Shown here one piece after another: positions 24,953 to 38,903 of a stretch of DNA of 64,000 nucleotides. Source of the DNA: Octopus vulgaris (lineage: Eukaryota); NCBI GenBank assembly GCA_951406725.2, contig OX597822.1:45012001-45076000 (forward strand). Direction: 5' to 3'. The translations under genes were made by a program, and so were the position numbers. The first letter of the stretch is position 1. Every line of letters starts with the position of its first letter. Below the pieces are notes generated by a model, which saw only the letters and a list, made by a program, of their open reading frames with translations, had not been told where the DNA came from and searched no databases.

Positions 24953-24985
24953 TTTTAAATTTATATATGTCTATTCATACGTATA

Positions 24986-25025
<40 letters not shown>

Positions 25026-25191
25026 CATAAATATGCCCATGTATACATCTAAATTTATATATATAATTTTTGTATTTGTATATATATGTATCTATATGTG
25101 CGTATGTATGCGTGTGCATATATATCTATATATCTATATACATATCTAGCAACCAGTATATATATACATACCTATATATATGTATTCATAT

Positions 25192-25231
<40 letters not shown>

Positions 25232-25816
25232 TTATACATACACACAACATTACATACGTATAATTGTATTTAACAATATATTCCTACGTACATACAAGCG
25301 TGTCTGCTACATAAATGCACATAAATGCATGCAGACATACATAAATTTATTTCATAGATATTTAACAAGTTACTAGGCGTCTTAAAGGAATTGACATATT
25401 TCTTGTTCTTTTCTTTCTTTCATTTTTATATGAATAAGACTTATGTATGTCTGTGTCTGTTTGTATGTTTATGTGACTATGTGTACGGGCTTGTAGTAGT
25501 ATGTGTCTGCGTATATACATATATTTGTAAATATGAATACATGAACATATATATTATACACATATGTGTGTGTGAGAGAGAGAGCGACAGGGAGTTCGCC
25601 GGTGCGTATAGGTTTCTCTGTCCTTGCTTGAGGTAGCCCATCTCACGTCCGTAGAGCAATAATCACACAAGAATCCATGTGTAGGTGTATATATGTAACT
25701 CTGAATGTCTGTATAAACACGCAGAGTCGCATTCATACTTACATATTTAGAAGAAAATATAGGGAAATCATTTCAGACAGATCAATATATAAAGTATATT
25801 AAAGACATGAAACACA

Positions 25817-25869
<53 letters not shown>

Positions 25870-25884
25870 TCTAAGTATTATTAT

Positions 25885-26165
25885 TATTGTTTTTACGTAT
25901 CATTTTGGTATTCATATCCGTGTAACATCGTCTGTTTTTCCGTCCTTCTTTTGTTTACATTCGAATCTTTCTTCCAAGGAATCTAATGCGCTTAGCTTAG
26001 TTTTTCCTTGGGGCTGGCCAGATTGGAGCAATCTCAAGATTAATCAGCCGAAATTGCGAGGATGATCCGGTTCTTGACTGAAGATTTAAGGCTTCGAATG
26101 TCCCATCCGTGTTTTTTGTACCATCTCCTAAATGTTTTGCGTTCTTGTCCCAGTTTGTATTTTTA
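25885..26165 (+). mobile_element. Short (TA)n-flanked element, inverted copy at 27022-27252
   Basis: ggaatctaatgc.cttagcttagtttttccttg.ggctggccagattggag matches 27190-27250 in reverse complement. Confidence 0.75.
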
Positions 26166-26170
26166 TACAT

Positions 26171-26233
<63 letters not shown>

Positions 26234-26532
26234 TGCGGTTTACACAGAATAGAAGTGATATAGAGAATTAATGGGGATTAGAGACAGTATTACAAATCCA
26301 AGATCTGTTTCTAGGGGCTCGGTGTCCATGATTATGTTTGCAGAATGATTTGAGGGAAGACATCTTAAATTTGAGGTGTTAAATGAAAGAAGTTCAAACA
26401 TGGAATTATTGAATGTGGAGAGCTAAGTGCGTTAGAGATGTGGTGGTGGGAACTGGGGAGGTAGTTAGATGGGGAATAGTGAGAGGAGAAAGTATAGTTC
26501 AAGAGTGAGGGGTAGAGAAAGAGGCTAATAGG

Positions 26533-26585
<53 letters not shown>

Positions 26586-26849
26586 AAGGTGGAATGTGGG
26601 GCGATGAGGGCGAGGCTGGATAGATTCTTCCATATCTATGTATACGCTAACAAGTATCCATTTGTCTATGCATCCCTCAATGTATACGTACGTAGAATGC
26701 ATACATATCTTCATACAACCGTATATGCATGTATGTCTCTTCATACATATAAATATATGCATATAGATGCTAATATATGAGTGTGTATGTGCGTGTACGT
26801 GCGTGTGTGTGTGTATGTATATTAACATCATATTGAACCATTAATCTTT

Positions 26850-27012
26850 ACACATTATTTTCTCTCTGTTTTTTCTCTCTCAGTCCATTCAGTCAAAGAG
26901 CATAGGCACGAACCGTCATAGACTTTTCCATTCTTCCCAAGCGTTAAACTAATACATTTGCTTATTGTTCCTTCACCTGTCTTCGTCTTTTATTTTCTGT
27001 AAATTTGAACTA
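26850..27012 (+). mobile_element. Family D short element with decayed HHR
   Basis: Matches the reverse complement of 40835-40990 and 41698-41850. Confidence 0.65.
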
Positions 27013-27021
27013 TGTATATAT

Positions 27022-27252
27022 ATAATACAAAATGGGACAAGAACGCAAAACATCCGGACAGCTAGGTGATACAAAAGGGGACAACAAAACATCCAGATAG
27101 ACGATACAAAGAAAACAAGGACCGGTCATCCGAAGTTTTCTTTCCGCAGTCAAGCACCAGATTATCCTCGCAATTTCGGCTGATTATTCTTGAGATTCCT
27201 CCAATCTGGCCAGCCGCAAGGAAAAACTAAGCTAAGAGCATTAGATTCCTTG
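27022..27252 (-). mobile_element. Second copy of the 25885 element
   Basis: Reverse complement similarity. Confidence 0.75.
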
Positions 27253-27309
27253 AGCTAAACAAGCTCCCGAACTGCACGCCTATGCATTATTCCCCCAAAA
27301 TTTACTATA

Positions 27310-27478
27310 GACGCAAGGGTGGCTGTGTGGTAAGAAGCTTGTTTCCCAACCATATGATTTGGCGTTCAGTCTCTCTGCATGGCACCTTGGGTATATATCT
27401 TCTACTATAGACTCAAGCCATCCAAAAACAAAAGCCTTGTAAGTGGTTTTGTAGATGCAAACTGAAAGAATCCGTCGT

Positions 27479-27545
<67 letters not shown>

Positions 27546-27755
27546 TTTGCGTCGTAGTTTGTTCCCCACCCGCTTGACAGCAGGTGTTGGTATGGTTGCA
27601 TCCCTTTAAGTTAGCGGTTCGACAGAAGCGACTGATAGAATAAGTACCAGGTTTAGCAAAACAAAATAAGTATTGGGGTCGATTTATTCATCTAAAACTC
27701 CTTTCAGGTGGTGTCCCAGCATGGCCGCAGTCTAATGACTGAAACAACTAAAAGA
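27310..27755 (+). mobile_element. SINE family B
   Basis: Head, internal microsatellite and 3' body. Confidence 0.8.
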
Positions 27756-28811
27756 TTAAAAAAATAATAATAATTAGTTTCACCCGTTATTAGTTAAGCA
27801 AGTATCGTTAAGCCTATGTTTCGACGTGAATGTCAGAATAAGAGTTATCGCCCGTATTATAAAAAACCTAAAAACAAATTTTCTTAATGATTTATTCACG
27901 ACATTTCTAGAAGTATAGCATTTAGATATTTATATGTGCATGTTTAGACATGCAGCTATAAGCATGAGAGTACATACATAAAACAACACATACAACTTCT
28001 GCACGTGCACTGACTCCAAATACTGCAGACATACACTTAAGAACGCATACATGCATAAGAACTATGTTGCTGTAGTTGAAATTCTAATGAAGGAACTTTA
28101 GTTCTAGGTTGGAAACCGGTTCTTTCTCTATTGGCAAGAAATCTTGAAATAAAACTGAATAACATACATACATATATACATACACACACACACACACACA
28201 CTCACATACACACATACATGCATACATACATACATACATATATACGTGCAGGCAGATGGACAGACAGATAGACAGACGGACAGGCAGACACTAAGTCAGA
28301 CATATAACCACTCACAAAGGACTAATACTATATCATCAATTATTTGTTACATTTTGACCCGTAACGACCAATAGGAAAGCTTTAAGTAAAAGGGACGTGC
28401 GTGACTACAGCCATCAAAACTTCGACTTCTAAACAGATTGACCAATGGAATAGCTACGCGGAATTTACGTCACTCAAAGCCATCCTAGAAGTTAATAAGC
28501 TACGGACATCCATCTTTTACATTCCAATCAGGTTAATGGTCTCAGACTTTTTATGTATGCATGTGTATACGGCGGTGTGCCGGTGTGCTTAATATGTACT
28601 TCATATGTGTGCGCGTGTGTTTGTGCGTGTATGTGTATGCGTTGGTGAGTGCGTGTACGCGTGTGTGCGTAGAAGTGTGCTAGCGTGAGGATATGTCTTC
28701 GTGTGTATATATATATGTATACGTTTATATGGAAATCTATATATGTCTGTACATGTGTGTGTGTGAATATGTATGTATGTACGTATGTATGTATGTATAT
28801 ATGTATGTATG

Positions 28812-28845
<34 letters not shown>

Positions 28846-28855
28846 TGTATGTATG

Positions 28856-28895
<40 letters not shown>

Positions 28896-29225
28896 TATGT
28901 ATATGTATATGAACGTATGTACATATGTATATATATACATATATAAACATGAATAGACATCTATCTCTACTCTCATAGAAAGGCGCATACATGCATACAT
29001 ACATTCATACATACATTATTTACACATATATACATGTATGTATACTATTATATGTGTATATATATATATATCTGTGTGTGTGCATGTTTATATATATATA
29101 TGTGTGTGTGTGTGCGTGTTTGTATACATATCTGTATTCATGTATGAAAATATGTACATATGTATATATATATATGTTTATGAATGTACAAAAATATACA
29201 CACACACATACATATATATACATAT

Positions 29226-29259
<34 letters not shown>

Positions 29260-29423
29260 TAATATATATATATTCATAGATTCATACTTGCAAATACAAA
29301 CTCGTGACTATATCAAAGTGTGGAGATATGTCCGTTTGCGTATGCGTATATATATACATGTACATATATACTTCTGTGTGTGCGTATTCATGCATTTGTG
29401 AGCGTGTGTGTGCGTGTGTATGC

Positions 29424-29475
<52 letters not shown>

Positions 29476-30029
29476 ATCTATGAAAATGCAGCAAATACGC
29501 ATTCGAAAATCTCACCTTAACGGTCAACTAATCAGAAGAGTGTTCAAAGCTGAATGAATCTGGTAAAACCATGTAAATCTTTCTTTTCTCCCTCCATTGC
29601 TCTCCTTTCTTCTCCCTCTCTATCCTTCTCTTACTCTTTCTTCTCTGTCTTTCTCTCACCCTCTCATTCTCCCACTTCCTCTATTCCTCACTATCTATTT
29701 TTCTCTCTGTCTCTCTATTTGCCGCTAGACTCATCAACATCTGCGAGTCACAAACACAGTAACTCATACATCATACCGTACATCATCTAGGTTATTTCGA
29801 TTAAAGTATTTCATACGTCAAACATTGGAACACTGTTAAATATGCTTCACTTAATACATATGTCAGTCAGTTTTCTGATGGTCGCCATTTTGTAGCCAGC
29901 TTCGCGAGGGTCGCCATTTTTGTAGTGTTTCCCAATAATAAATACTGTTGCTTGTTGATGGAAAATTGGTGATTTTAAATATTGTACTATTATATAAGTT
30001 TGTATCTTTGTATGTATGTATATGCTAGG

Positions 30030-30060
<31 letters not shown>

Positions 30061-30313
30061 CATATATGCATGTATATATGTACTTATACAAAGATATATA
30101 TATATATTCATATACATACGTACATACGTATACACAAAATATATATGTATATACAGAAGCATACATACCTGTGTGTATACACATACTTGCAGGTATATGC
30201 GAAAATATGCATGAATGTATATTAACATATATGCACGCGTATATTGATAAATAGATAGATATGTATATGTATATATACATATGTACATGTATATATATAT
30301 GTGTTTGTATAAA

Positions 30314-30344
<31 letters not shown>

Positions 30345-30447
30345 GCCATTATCCATGCATATATGTACACCTTTATACAGAAATATATATATATATTTAT
30401 ATCTATATATCCATTATGCATACATATATGTACATCTTTATACAAAA

Positions 30448-30487
<40 letters not shown>

Positions 30488-31021
30488 GTGTATGTAATTA
30501 CAGATTTATACATTTGTAAATTTATGCACGTACATATGCACATACAAACGTACACGCACATATTTCTACATGGTATGTCTGTGTGGCTTATTCCCTTATA
30601 TTTCTTTTGTTTTCTGTTTTGTTTCTCTAATAATTTAATACATGTAATCAATCATAACATAGACATTCTCTAAATCAAATCTATTTGTTAACTTCAAATT
30701 ATGTTTGAATTTTCTCCTGAAACTGTGTTTCCATTTCTTGTTATTTTATTCATGTTTGATATGTTTTGGTGAGTATTTATTCTGTTTGTTTTCAATTTCT
30801 CTTTGTTGGTTTAGAATTCGCTTAGCTTCAGCATATAATAATAAAAAGAAACCGGGTGCATTGAGCGAAAAAATTTTCTCAGGCAGACGACAGTTTTACA
30901 GCTATGGCTTGTATAAATATTTTTGCGGTTGAGTGTATTGTCATTCCTGTGCGCTTGGGTCGCGCAGAAAATATAGAAGATAACAAACGTTATTTGTGTG
31001 TAATATTGTACCTCTATGTGT

Positions 31022-31063
<42 letters not shown>

Positions 31064-31224
31064 GTGTGTGTGTGAGTGTGAGTGTGTGTATGTGTGGTTC
31101 CGTGTGTGTGTATGTGTGGTTCCGTGTGTGTGTATGTGTGGTTCCGTGTGTGTGTATGTGTGCATTTCCTTATGAATATATTTATGTGTTCGTTGTGCCA
31201 TAGACGCTGTATCAGATTAAATAT

Positions 31225-31538
31225 GTGAAGGCCTGTGGCTTATTGACTAGGATATTCGGGTCACGTTCGTCACGTCGTGAGTTCGATTTCTGGCGGTGCG
31301 TTATGGCCTTGAGCAAGAGACTCTATTTTTCACGTTGCTCTTGTTCACTCAGTGAGTTATATCCGTATTTCGAAGGGCCAGCCTTTTCAACGTCTCTCTC
31401 ACGCTGAATCTCACTCAGATCTACGTTAAGATTATGCTTGTCAGTGGAAAGCTCAGTTACTTTCACGTTCATTCCTTGAACAAGCTGTTCGGTTAATCGA
31501 ATCAACAGGACCACTCGCCATCTTGCCCGACGGAGAAC
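31225..31538 (+). mobile_element. SINE family A-related
   Basis: gagttcgattt B box and the family A 3' body. Confidence 0.65.
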
Positions 31539-31569
31539 CAATATATTCTTTTCTACTCTTGGCAAACTC

Positions 31570-31777
31570 TTTTCTACTCAAAGGCTCGAAATTTTGGGGG
31601 AGTGGTCCAGTCGATTAGATCGACCCCAGTACGCAACTGGTACTTATTTTATCGACTCCAAAAAGGATGAAAGGCAAAGTCGACCTCGGCGGAATTTGAA
31701 CTCAGAACGTAACGACGGGTGAAATACCGCTAAACATTTCACCCGGTGTGCTAACGTTTCTTCCAGATCGCCGCCTT
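31570..31777 (-). mobile_element. SINE family C
   Basis: Well-preserved copy with - strand gttctgagttcaaattcc B box. Confidence 0.85.
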
Positions 31778-32057
31778 GAAGGGCCAATATATTAAACACG
31801 TATCACACTTAATGCAATTACAATACGATAAACCAAATTAACTGTGGTATTCGTCCAGAGATAGCTTAACTTATAGGCGTAATGGGTTAACCCCAAAATA
31901 TGTCAGTAGAAGAGAAAACCCGACGGGCAACGGTAATGGGAATACTAAATCCCATTTCTGTCTTGTTTGGTTTCTTCAGAAATATGTAATCCGCTGACTA
32001 GCACCGCCTTTGCTAAAAACTCAAATACCTCTGTCAGCTTAACTGCAGGCGTTAAGA

Positions 32058-32112
32058 GCTGCTGATGAGGATTAAGATGGTCTACATCAAAATCTGAAAT
32101 CGTCGATCCGAC
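32058..32112 (+). ncRNA. Type I HHR motif inside a foldback (31996-32215)
   Basis: gcug CUGAUGA ggau...aucu GAAA ucg u cga UC cgac. Outer arms ctgactagcaccgcctttgctaaaaa / tttttatcaaaagcgttgctagtcag. Confidence 0.65.
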
Positions 32113-32214
32113 AATATACGCTGGCGATTTACCTCCCTTTGTCAGTCATTAAGTCAGTTCTTTTGTAGCTTTTGAGTTATACATCTCTTATTTTTATCAA
32201 AAGCGTTGCTAGTC

Positions 32215-32291
<77 letters not shown>

Positions 32292-33039
32292 TGTATGTAT
32301 GTATATATATATACATATAGATAGCTATATATGTATGTTTATAGACACATACATACATATACATACATACACCGACACGTATGTAATGACCCCTGCTTCT
32401 TACTTACCATTTTTCATTGTTTTGTATATTTCTAAATCTTGTTCATTCTTTGTTTTTCCTGTTTATTATTTGTATTAACTTCTTTCGTATTTATTTTCCA
32501 GTAAATTTACATTTTTCTCGATTTTCTTTTTATTTCTTCCCATCAATGACTCCTTCCTTGTGTTCTTCCTTTCTTGCTGTTCTTCTTCTTTTCATTTTTT
32601 TCGCACTTTTTTCGTCCCTTCTCTTCATCTTCTTGTTTACCCGTGTCTCCTTCTTCTCTTTCTTTCTTTTTTTATCTGCTTCTTCCTAACTACAATGCTG
32701 CACTCTGTGACTATTCCATACTCTTTCTGCCGAATTCTGTATATTACATCTGCCCTCATGTTTTCTCATCCTCACTCCACTTCTTTCCCATTCTAAAGAT
32801 CTCACACGGGTTTTCAAAGTTCAACTGTACTAAAGAAAGCGTCTCGATTGTGGCATGCTTTACGTAAATTCTAAACTTATATCTTAGTCGCCTAAGGAAC
32901 GAAAACGTGGCACCGTCGTGCGATGAACGAGAATGGGAACTTCGTGCACGGACTCACGTGAAGTCTCTGATTTGAGTGAAAACCACTTCTCTCTATTATT
33001 AAATTTTTGCCAAATTCTGCCAACACTTTTTCAATCGTC

Positions 33040-33620
33040 CGATTTATGATGATGATCGTCCTAGCTACTTGCAGCCTAACTTCGTTAATCCGGTCGAGAA
33101 ACTGCTTAAACTCCCAAGCTAACCTGTTATATCTATCGACTTTTCTTTCTTCCTTATCGCATACCTTGTTATCAGCTGGTCATGCTATATCTCTGATCCA
33201 GCATAGTTTGCTTTCTTTCTTGATTAAGACTATGTCTGGCTTCCTATTCTCTGTCTCATGGTCGCACTGAATCATAAAATCCCATGGGATCTTTCCATTA
33301 TTATTTTTCATGATGCCTTCGGGTTTACGTTCATACCAATTTTTTGCTCCATCATCCATAGCCATCTTTTTTTCTGTGTCTGTCTTATCTTCCAACATCC
33401 CTATGAAATTGTCCATGCGTTCTTTTCTTTATCCACATATTTTCAGTTTCATTCATTCTCAAGTGCTTGTACAGTGCTTTATCTTTGCAATCTTTCATCC
33501 TACACAAGCCTGACCTTCTTAGTTTCAATAATGGTGGGTCTGTGGCATTTTTTATAAACCATACTATGTTGTTTTCTTCTACTCCAACGCTGTGTTAGCA
33601 TCCAATCTCAGCTTTTCCTC
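33040..33620 (-). mobile_element. R4/Dong-type non-LTR remnant (endonuclease region)
   Basis: WYERKPEGIMKNNNGKIPWDFMIQCDHETENRKPDIVLIKKESKLCWIRDIA, homologous to 62365-63327. Confidence 0.8.
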
Positions 33621-33629
33621 TTTTTTTCT

Positions 33630-34123
33630 TGGTCCCCCTTTGCTTGCGAAGACCTGTTGGGGCAAGTGAAATCGGAATCGAAATTGAACCAATCCTATGA
33701 CTGGCACCCGGCAGATGCCAGGACCCCTGGACTGGAGATACGTAAAAAGCACTATCCGAATCGTGGCCGATGCCAGCGCCGCCTCGACTGGCTTCCGTGT
33801 CGGTGGCACGTAAAAAGCACCATCCGAAACGTGGCCGAAGCCAGTGCCGCCTCGACTGGCTTCCGTGCAGGTGGCACGTAAAATGCACCAATCCGACCGT
33901 GGCCGATGCCAGCCTCGCCTGGCACCAGTGCAGGTGGCACGTAAAAAGCACCCACTACACTCACGGAGTGGTTGGCGTTAGGAAGGGCATCCAGCTGTAG
34001 AAACATTGCCAGATAAGACCGGAGCCTGGTGCAGCCTTCTGGCTTCCCAGATCCCCGGTCGAACCGTCCAACCCATGCTAGCATGGAGAACGGACGTTAA
34101 ACGATGATGATGATGATGATGAT
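33630..34123 (+). mobile_element. SINE/RTE-related element with internal 68-bp tandem repeats and (GAT)n tail, nested in the R4/Dong remnant
   Basis: acgtaaaa.gcac at 33740, 33808, 33876 and 33939, then ggttggcgttaggaagggcatccagc and a gatgatgat tail. Confidence 0.7.
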
Positions 34124-34490
34124 GTAGAGTCTATCTGTGTCACTTTTTGGGTGGAGTATCCCATATCTAGTCAACAACTTCCTTGTCTTTCTGTCTAAGC
34201 GGTTTAGTTCACCTGCTGTCCGTGCAATTACCCCTGCTCCGTATCTAAGGAGAGAAACCGCCCAGGTGTTGATAGCTTCGATCTTATTCCGTCCATTTAA
34301 TTTCAACTTAAGGATCAGTCTCAGTCTGCGCAAATGCTCCACCTTAAATTTTTCTGTCATTTCTTTCTCCATCAATTTATCCATTTCCAAAATCCCCCCA
34401 AGTACTTATAGCCCGTCTCTTCTCTCTGCTTCATAACCTCCCCTACGGTATCACTAGCCCGTCCATACAATTGACTTTGCCTCTCTCTTA
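34124..34490 (-). mobile_element. R4/Dong-type non-LTR remnant (RT thumb region)
   Basis: RRLRLILKLKLNGRNKIEAINTWAVSLLRYGAG...LDRKTRKLLT...HPKSDTDRLY, adjacent to (TTA)n. Confidence 0.85.
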
Positions 34491-34494
34491 TTAA

Positions 34495-34555
<61 letters not shown>

Positions 34556-34579
34556 GTTGTTATTATTATTATTATTATT

Positions 34580-34657
<78 letters not shown>

Positions 34658-34669
34658 GTTATTTATTCA

Positions 34670-34885
34670 TTTTTTACTTGGTTCAGTCATTTGACTGCGG
34701 CCATGCTTGAGCACCACCATAAGTCGAATCAAATCGACCCCAGGACTTATTCATTGTCAGCCTAGTACTTATTCTATCGGTCTCTTTCGTCGAACCACTA
34801 AGTTACGGGGGCGTAAACACACCAGCATCGGTTGTCAAGCGATGTAGGGAGGACAAACAAAAATACACAACATATACACACAAAC

Positions 34886-34918
<33 letters not shown>

Positions 34919-35082
34919 TACTACGGGCTTCTTTCAGCTTCCGTCTACCAAATTTACTCACAAGGCTTTGTTCGGCCCGAGGCTTTTGTAAAGACACTTG
35001 CCCAAGTTGCCATGCAGTGGAACTGAACCCGGAACATGTGGTTGTTAAGCAAGTTACTTACCACACAGCCATTCCTGCGCCT
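34670..35082 (-). mobile_element. SINE family B
   Basis: Reverse complement match. Confidence 0.85.
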
Positions 35083-35397
35083 TATAGGAATTATCCGGAA
35101 GGAAACACTCAATGGAAATATAGAAACGGAAGTAGTGGTGTTGCGTGACGTCAATCAACTACTTGTTTAATTCAAGTTTTATATCACTGGATGTGTTCTT
35201 CTGAAGCTGGCAAAATCTTGTTCCAATCCCTTTATTTAATTCACTATTGTGGATTTGTTTTCGTTATGGATGTAAATTTTGGTAAATATTCGTTGAGAAA
35301 TTATCGACTTCTTTCAAAATAGAAAGCCCCATTTTCCGTTTAGTGCCGTGCCGAACAATTCCTTGTGAGTGAATTTGGAATCCCGTCGTATATGAGA

Positions 35398-35472
<75 letters not shown>

Positions 35473-36094
35473 TCCACATTACCTCGCTTTACAACTGGTG
35501 TTGTGTTATTGTCGTCTCCGTAAGTTAACGCATCGCAAAAGAGTCTGAAAGAAAACGGAAAATGTAGACGCCTTTTAAAAGGAACATAAATATTGGAGTA
35601 TTTTTTCTTTTCTTTTTACTGAAACACTTCAAGGTGGTATACCATCATGGCTGCTGTCCAATGAGTGAAGTAAGTAAAAGATACAGAAAAGAAAAACAGT
35701 GCTAACGTGAATAAGAATTAATGCAACACAAACAACAACAACTGGGCTGCTGCAACATCAACAATAGCAACAAAGAAGTGCAGCAAAAACAACAACAACA
35801 ACATTGATAAGAGGACATTATTAATAGATGCATTAACGAGACTACAACAGCAACAACAATAACGACAAGAACTAAAGCAGAACAACTCCAACAATACATA
35901 ACAATAAACAATAGTAAACAGTAACAAACAGTAATAAACAGCAGAACAACAATAGCAAGAACGTAAGCTTACGTTGATTTGTGTTACATGAAAATGTAAC
36001 GAGATTTTCTTTCTTTCGTTGTATTTGTGCGGCGGTGTGGTGTTGTGGGGCCTTTTGTTTTTTTTTGTAAAGAGGGTGTGCAAGAGGAAGTGAT

Positions 36095-37110
36095 TGTAGA
36101 CGGAGGGAGGGGGAAGAAAGAGGAAGAAGAGGAAGGGAGAGGAGGAGGGAGGAGGAGGTAAAGAAGAGGGGAGGAGGGGGAGGAGGAGGAGGAGGGAAGT
36201 GGAGGGGAAGGAAGAAGAAGAAGAAGGAAGAGAGAAGTGGGGTGGAAGAATCTGATGAGGGGAGGAGAGGAGAAAGAAAAAGAAAAGAAAGAAAGAAAAA
36301 GAAGAAGAAGAAGAAGAAGAAGAAGAAGAAGAAGGGGAAAATGACGTAAGGGAGGAGTGGAAGGAAGAAAAGGATATAGAGGGGAGGAGGAGGAGGAGGA
36401 AGAGGAGAAGATGAGGTAAAGAAGGAGAGAAAGAAAGAAATGAATAAAAAAGTGGTGGAGGAAGAGGGGGAAAAAGAGGAGGAAAGAGCGAAAGAGGAGA
36501 GGAAAGAAAGGGAGGAGAAGGACCAGGGGGAGGAGGAGGAGAAGGGGAGGTAAAGAGGGAGTGGAAGAAAGAAAAGAATAAGGAAGTGGTGGTGGTGAAG
36601 AAGGAGGAGGAGGAAGTTGAGGAGGAAGAGGAGGAGAAGAAAGAAAGGGAGGAGAAAATGAAGAAGAAGAAGACGAAGAAGACAAAGAAGAAGAAGAAGA
36701 AGAAGAAAAAGAAGAAGAAGAAGAAAAAAAGAAGAAGAAGAAGAACAACAACAACAACAACAACAACAGCAACAAGTGTGGCGACAACAAAAGCAACTTT
36801 GATATCAGTAACAACAACATCGACAACGACGACAGCGACGAAGACAACTGGTAAGAACAACAACAACTAGAACAACAAAAACAAAACCAACTTCGTTAAT
36901 AACAACAATAAAAGCAAGAAAGATAGCAATAGCAACAACAGCGACAACAACAACATCATTAACGATAACTATAACAACAACAACAACAACAACATCAGAA
37001 ACGATTAGAACAGCAGCCACAAGAAGAGAAGCAAGTATGATAATTTCTGGAATAACAGCGAAAACAATGACGACGATGACGAACACAACAGCAACAACAA
37101 CAACAACAAC
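36095..37110. repeat. Polypurine (GGA/GAA) tract followed by degenerate (ACA)n
   Basis: Direct reading. Confidence 0.9.
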
Positions 37111-37780
37111 GGTCAGTCGATGAACGATGAAACAAATGAATCTAGCATCAAAATATCAGCAAGCAAGAGAAATTAATTCGTATTTTATGCAACAGTGACC
37201 ATTATCAGAAGAAGCTACAGCTTTCTCTATCCGCCATTGCTGTATAATTATATGCTTAAATATGACGAAAACGACTAAACAAGCATCTATCTTTTATATC
37301 GTCGGCCATTTTGAATTTTGATATTTTGTTGTTATTGTTGTGTTTTTGTGGCGGTTATGCCTTTGTTTTTTTTTTGGTTTTTTTAGTGTTTGTAAAGAGA
37401 AGTGTTAGAAGGAGAGAAACATGGTGAGAAAAGCGAAGGAGATTGTGTGTGTGTGTGTGTGAGAGAGAGAGAATGCGTAGAAAGAAAAGAAAAATTGAGA
37501 TGTATGAGATGACGAGAACTGAAGACGGAAAGAATGACAGAGAGAGAGAGAGAGAGAGAGAGGATGTTATGGAGATGGAGAGAGAAGTAAAGACATGGAG
37601 ATACAGGCGGGATCACCTGCAATACATTGATAAAGACAGAGACAGACAGACATACAGAGAGCTAAGGACAGAGTGTGTTCTTCACGAAGAATTGGAGAGA
37701 TAGAGGGAAGTGATGTGATGGAAAGAGGGAAGGAGAGACTTGGAGAAACGTGCAGAACCATCAGGAGAATACAGAGTGTA

Positions 37781-37814
<34 letters not shown>

Positions 37815-37952
37815 TGACTGAGGGAGAGAGGGAGGGAGCTAGAATGATTGTGTGTTAAACTGAGAGAAAGAAGAGGTGATGTGATTGAAGGGGAAAGAGA
37901 GAGAGAGAGAATTATTTACGTTAGACTCAGAGGAAGTAAAAGTGATGTGATT

Positions 37953-37988
<36 letters not shown>

Positions 37989-38660
37989 GGTGCGTTAGAC
38001 TAAGAGAAAGAAAGAGTGATGTGATTGAAAGCAAGAGAGTGAGAGAGAGAGAGAGATAAGGAGATTTGAATGAAAAAACTGAAATCACAAGAGACAGAGA
38101 GCGAGAGATGGATAGACATGAGGACAAAGAAAGACAGTGTGAGAGAGAAGAAAAAGAGAGGAAAAAGACAGAGGCGAGAGAGAGAGGAGAAAGAGAGAGA
38201 AGATAGAGGGAGAGAGAGGAGAAGGTGGGAGTGGGGGAGAGAGAAAGAGATAGAACAAAGTGCTGGTAGGAGGAAACAACTGCGAGAACTTAGAATAACG
38301 TTTCAGTTTGTTTTCTCCTTCGAGCCGTAATCAGATGCACGTTTGTATAAAACCTGCTCTAAAAACAATGCCAACAGCACATTGCATTGTGTTGTTCTAT
38401 TCCTTTATTCGTGTTATTCACACATTCCGTTCTAATTCTGTTAACTTTTAACTCTTCATATTTTTAATATGTGCTTCGTCGGTATGCGCGCGCGCGAACG
38501 TGTACTTGCGTGTGGGGAGTGTTTCTACCAGAGGAGTTTCAAGTATTTTCTGCCCCACAGACTTAGTGACATGACAGCAGCGAAGAATGTTTTTCATTCA
38601 ATTTTATTCTTAAATGGTTTACAGACACGCTGGGAGCTTTTGCAGCACAGCCCATACACC

Positions 38661-38736
<76 letters not shown>

Positions 38737-38749
38737 ATATATATATATG

Positions 38750-38795
<46 letters not shown>

Positions 38796-38824
38796 CATAT
38801 ATATATATATACATACATATATAT

Positions 38825-38903
<79 letters not shown>

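Noticed and set aside
28084-28125. CUAAUGA ... GAAA ccgg UU motif
   Set aside because: Core variant with poor helices I and II. Possible but unsupported.
30814-30930. Possible exon after tttag
   Set aside because: No convincing donor and no recognisable peptide.
33740-33955. CRISPR-like appearance of spaced repeats
   Set aside because: Whole units are repeated without unique spacers, the context is eukaryotic and there are no cas genes.
35718-36866. 382-aa and 287-aa ORFs
   Set aside because: They arise from a low-complexity purine tract that lacks stops by composition.
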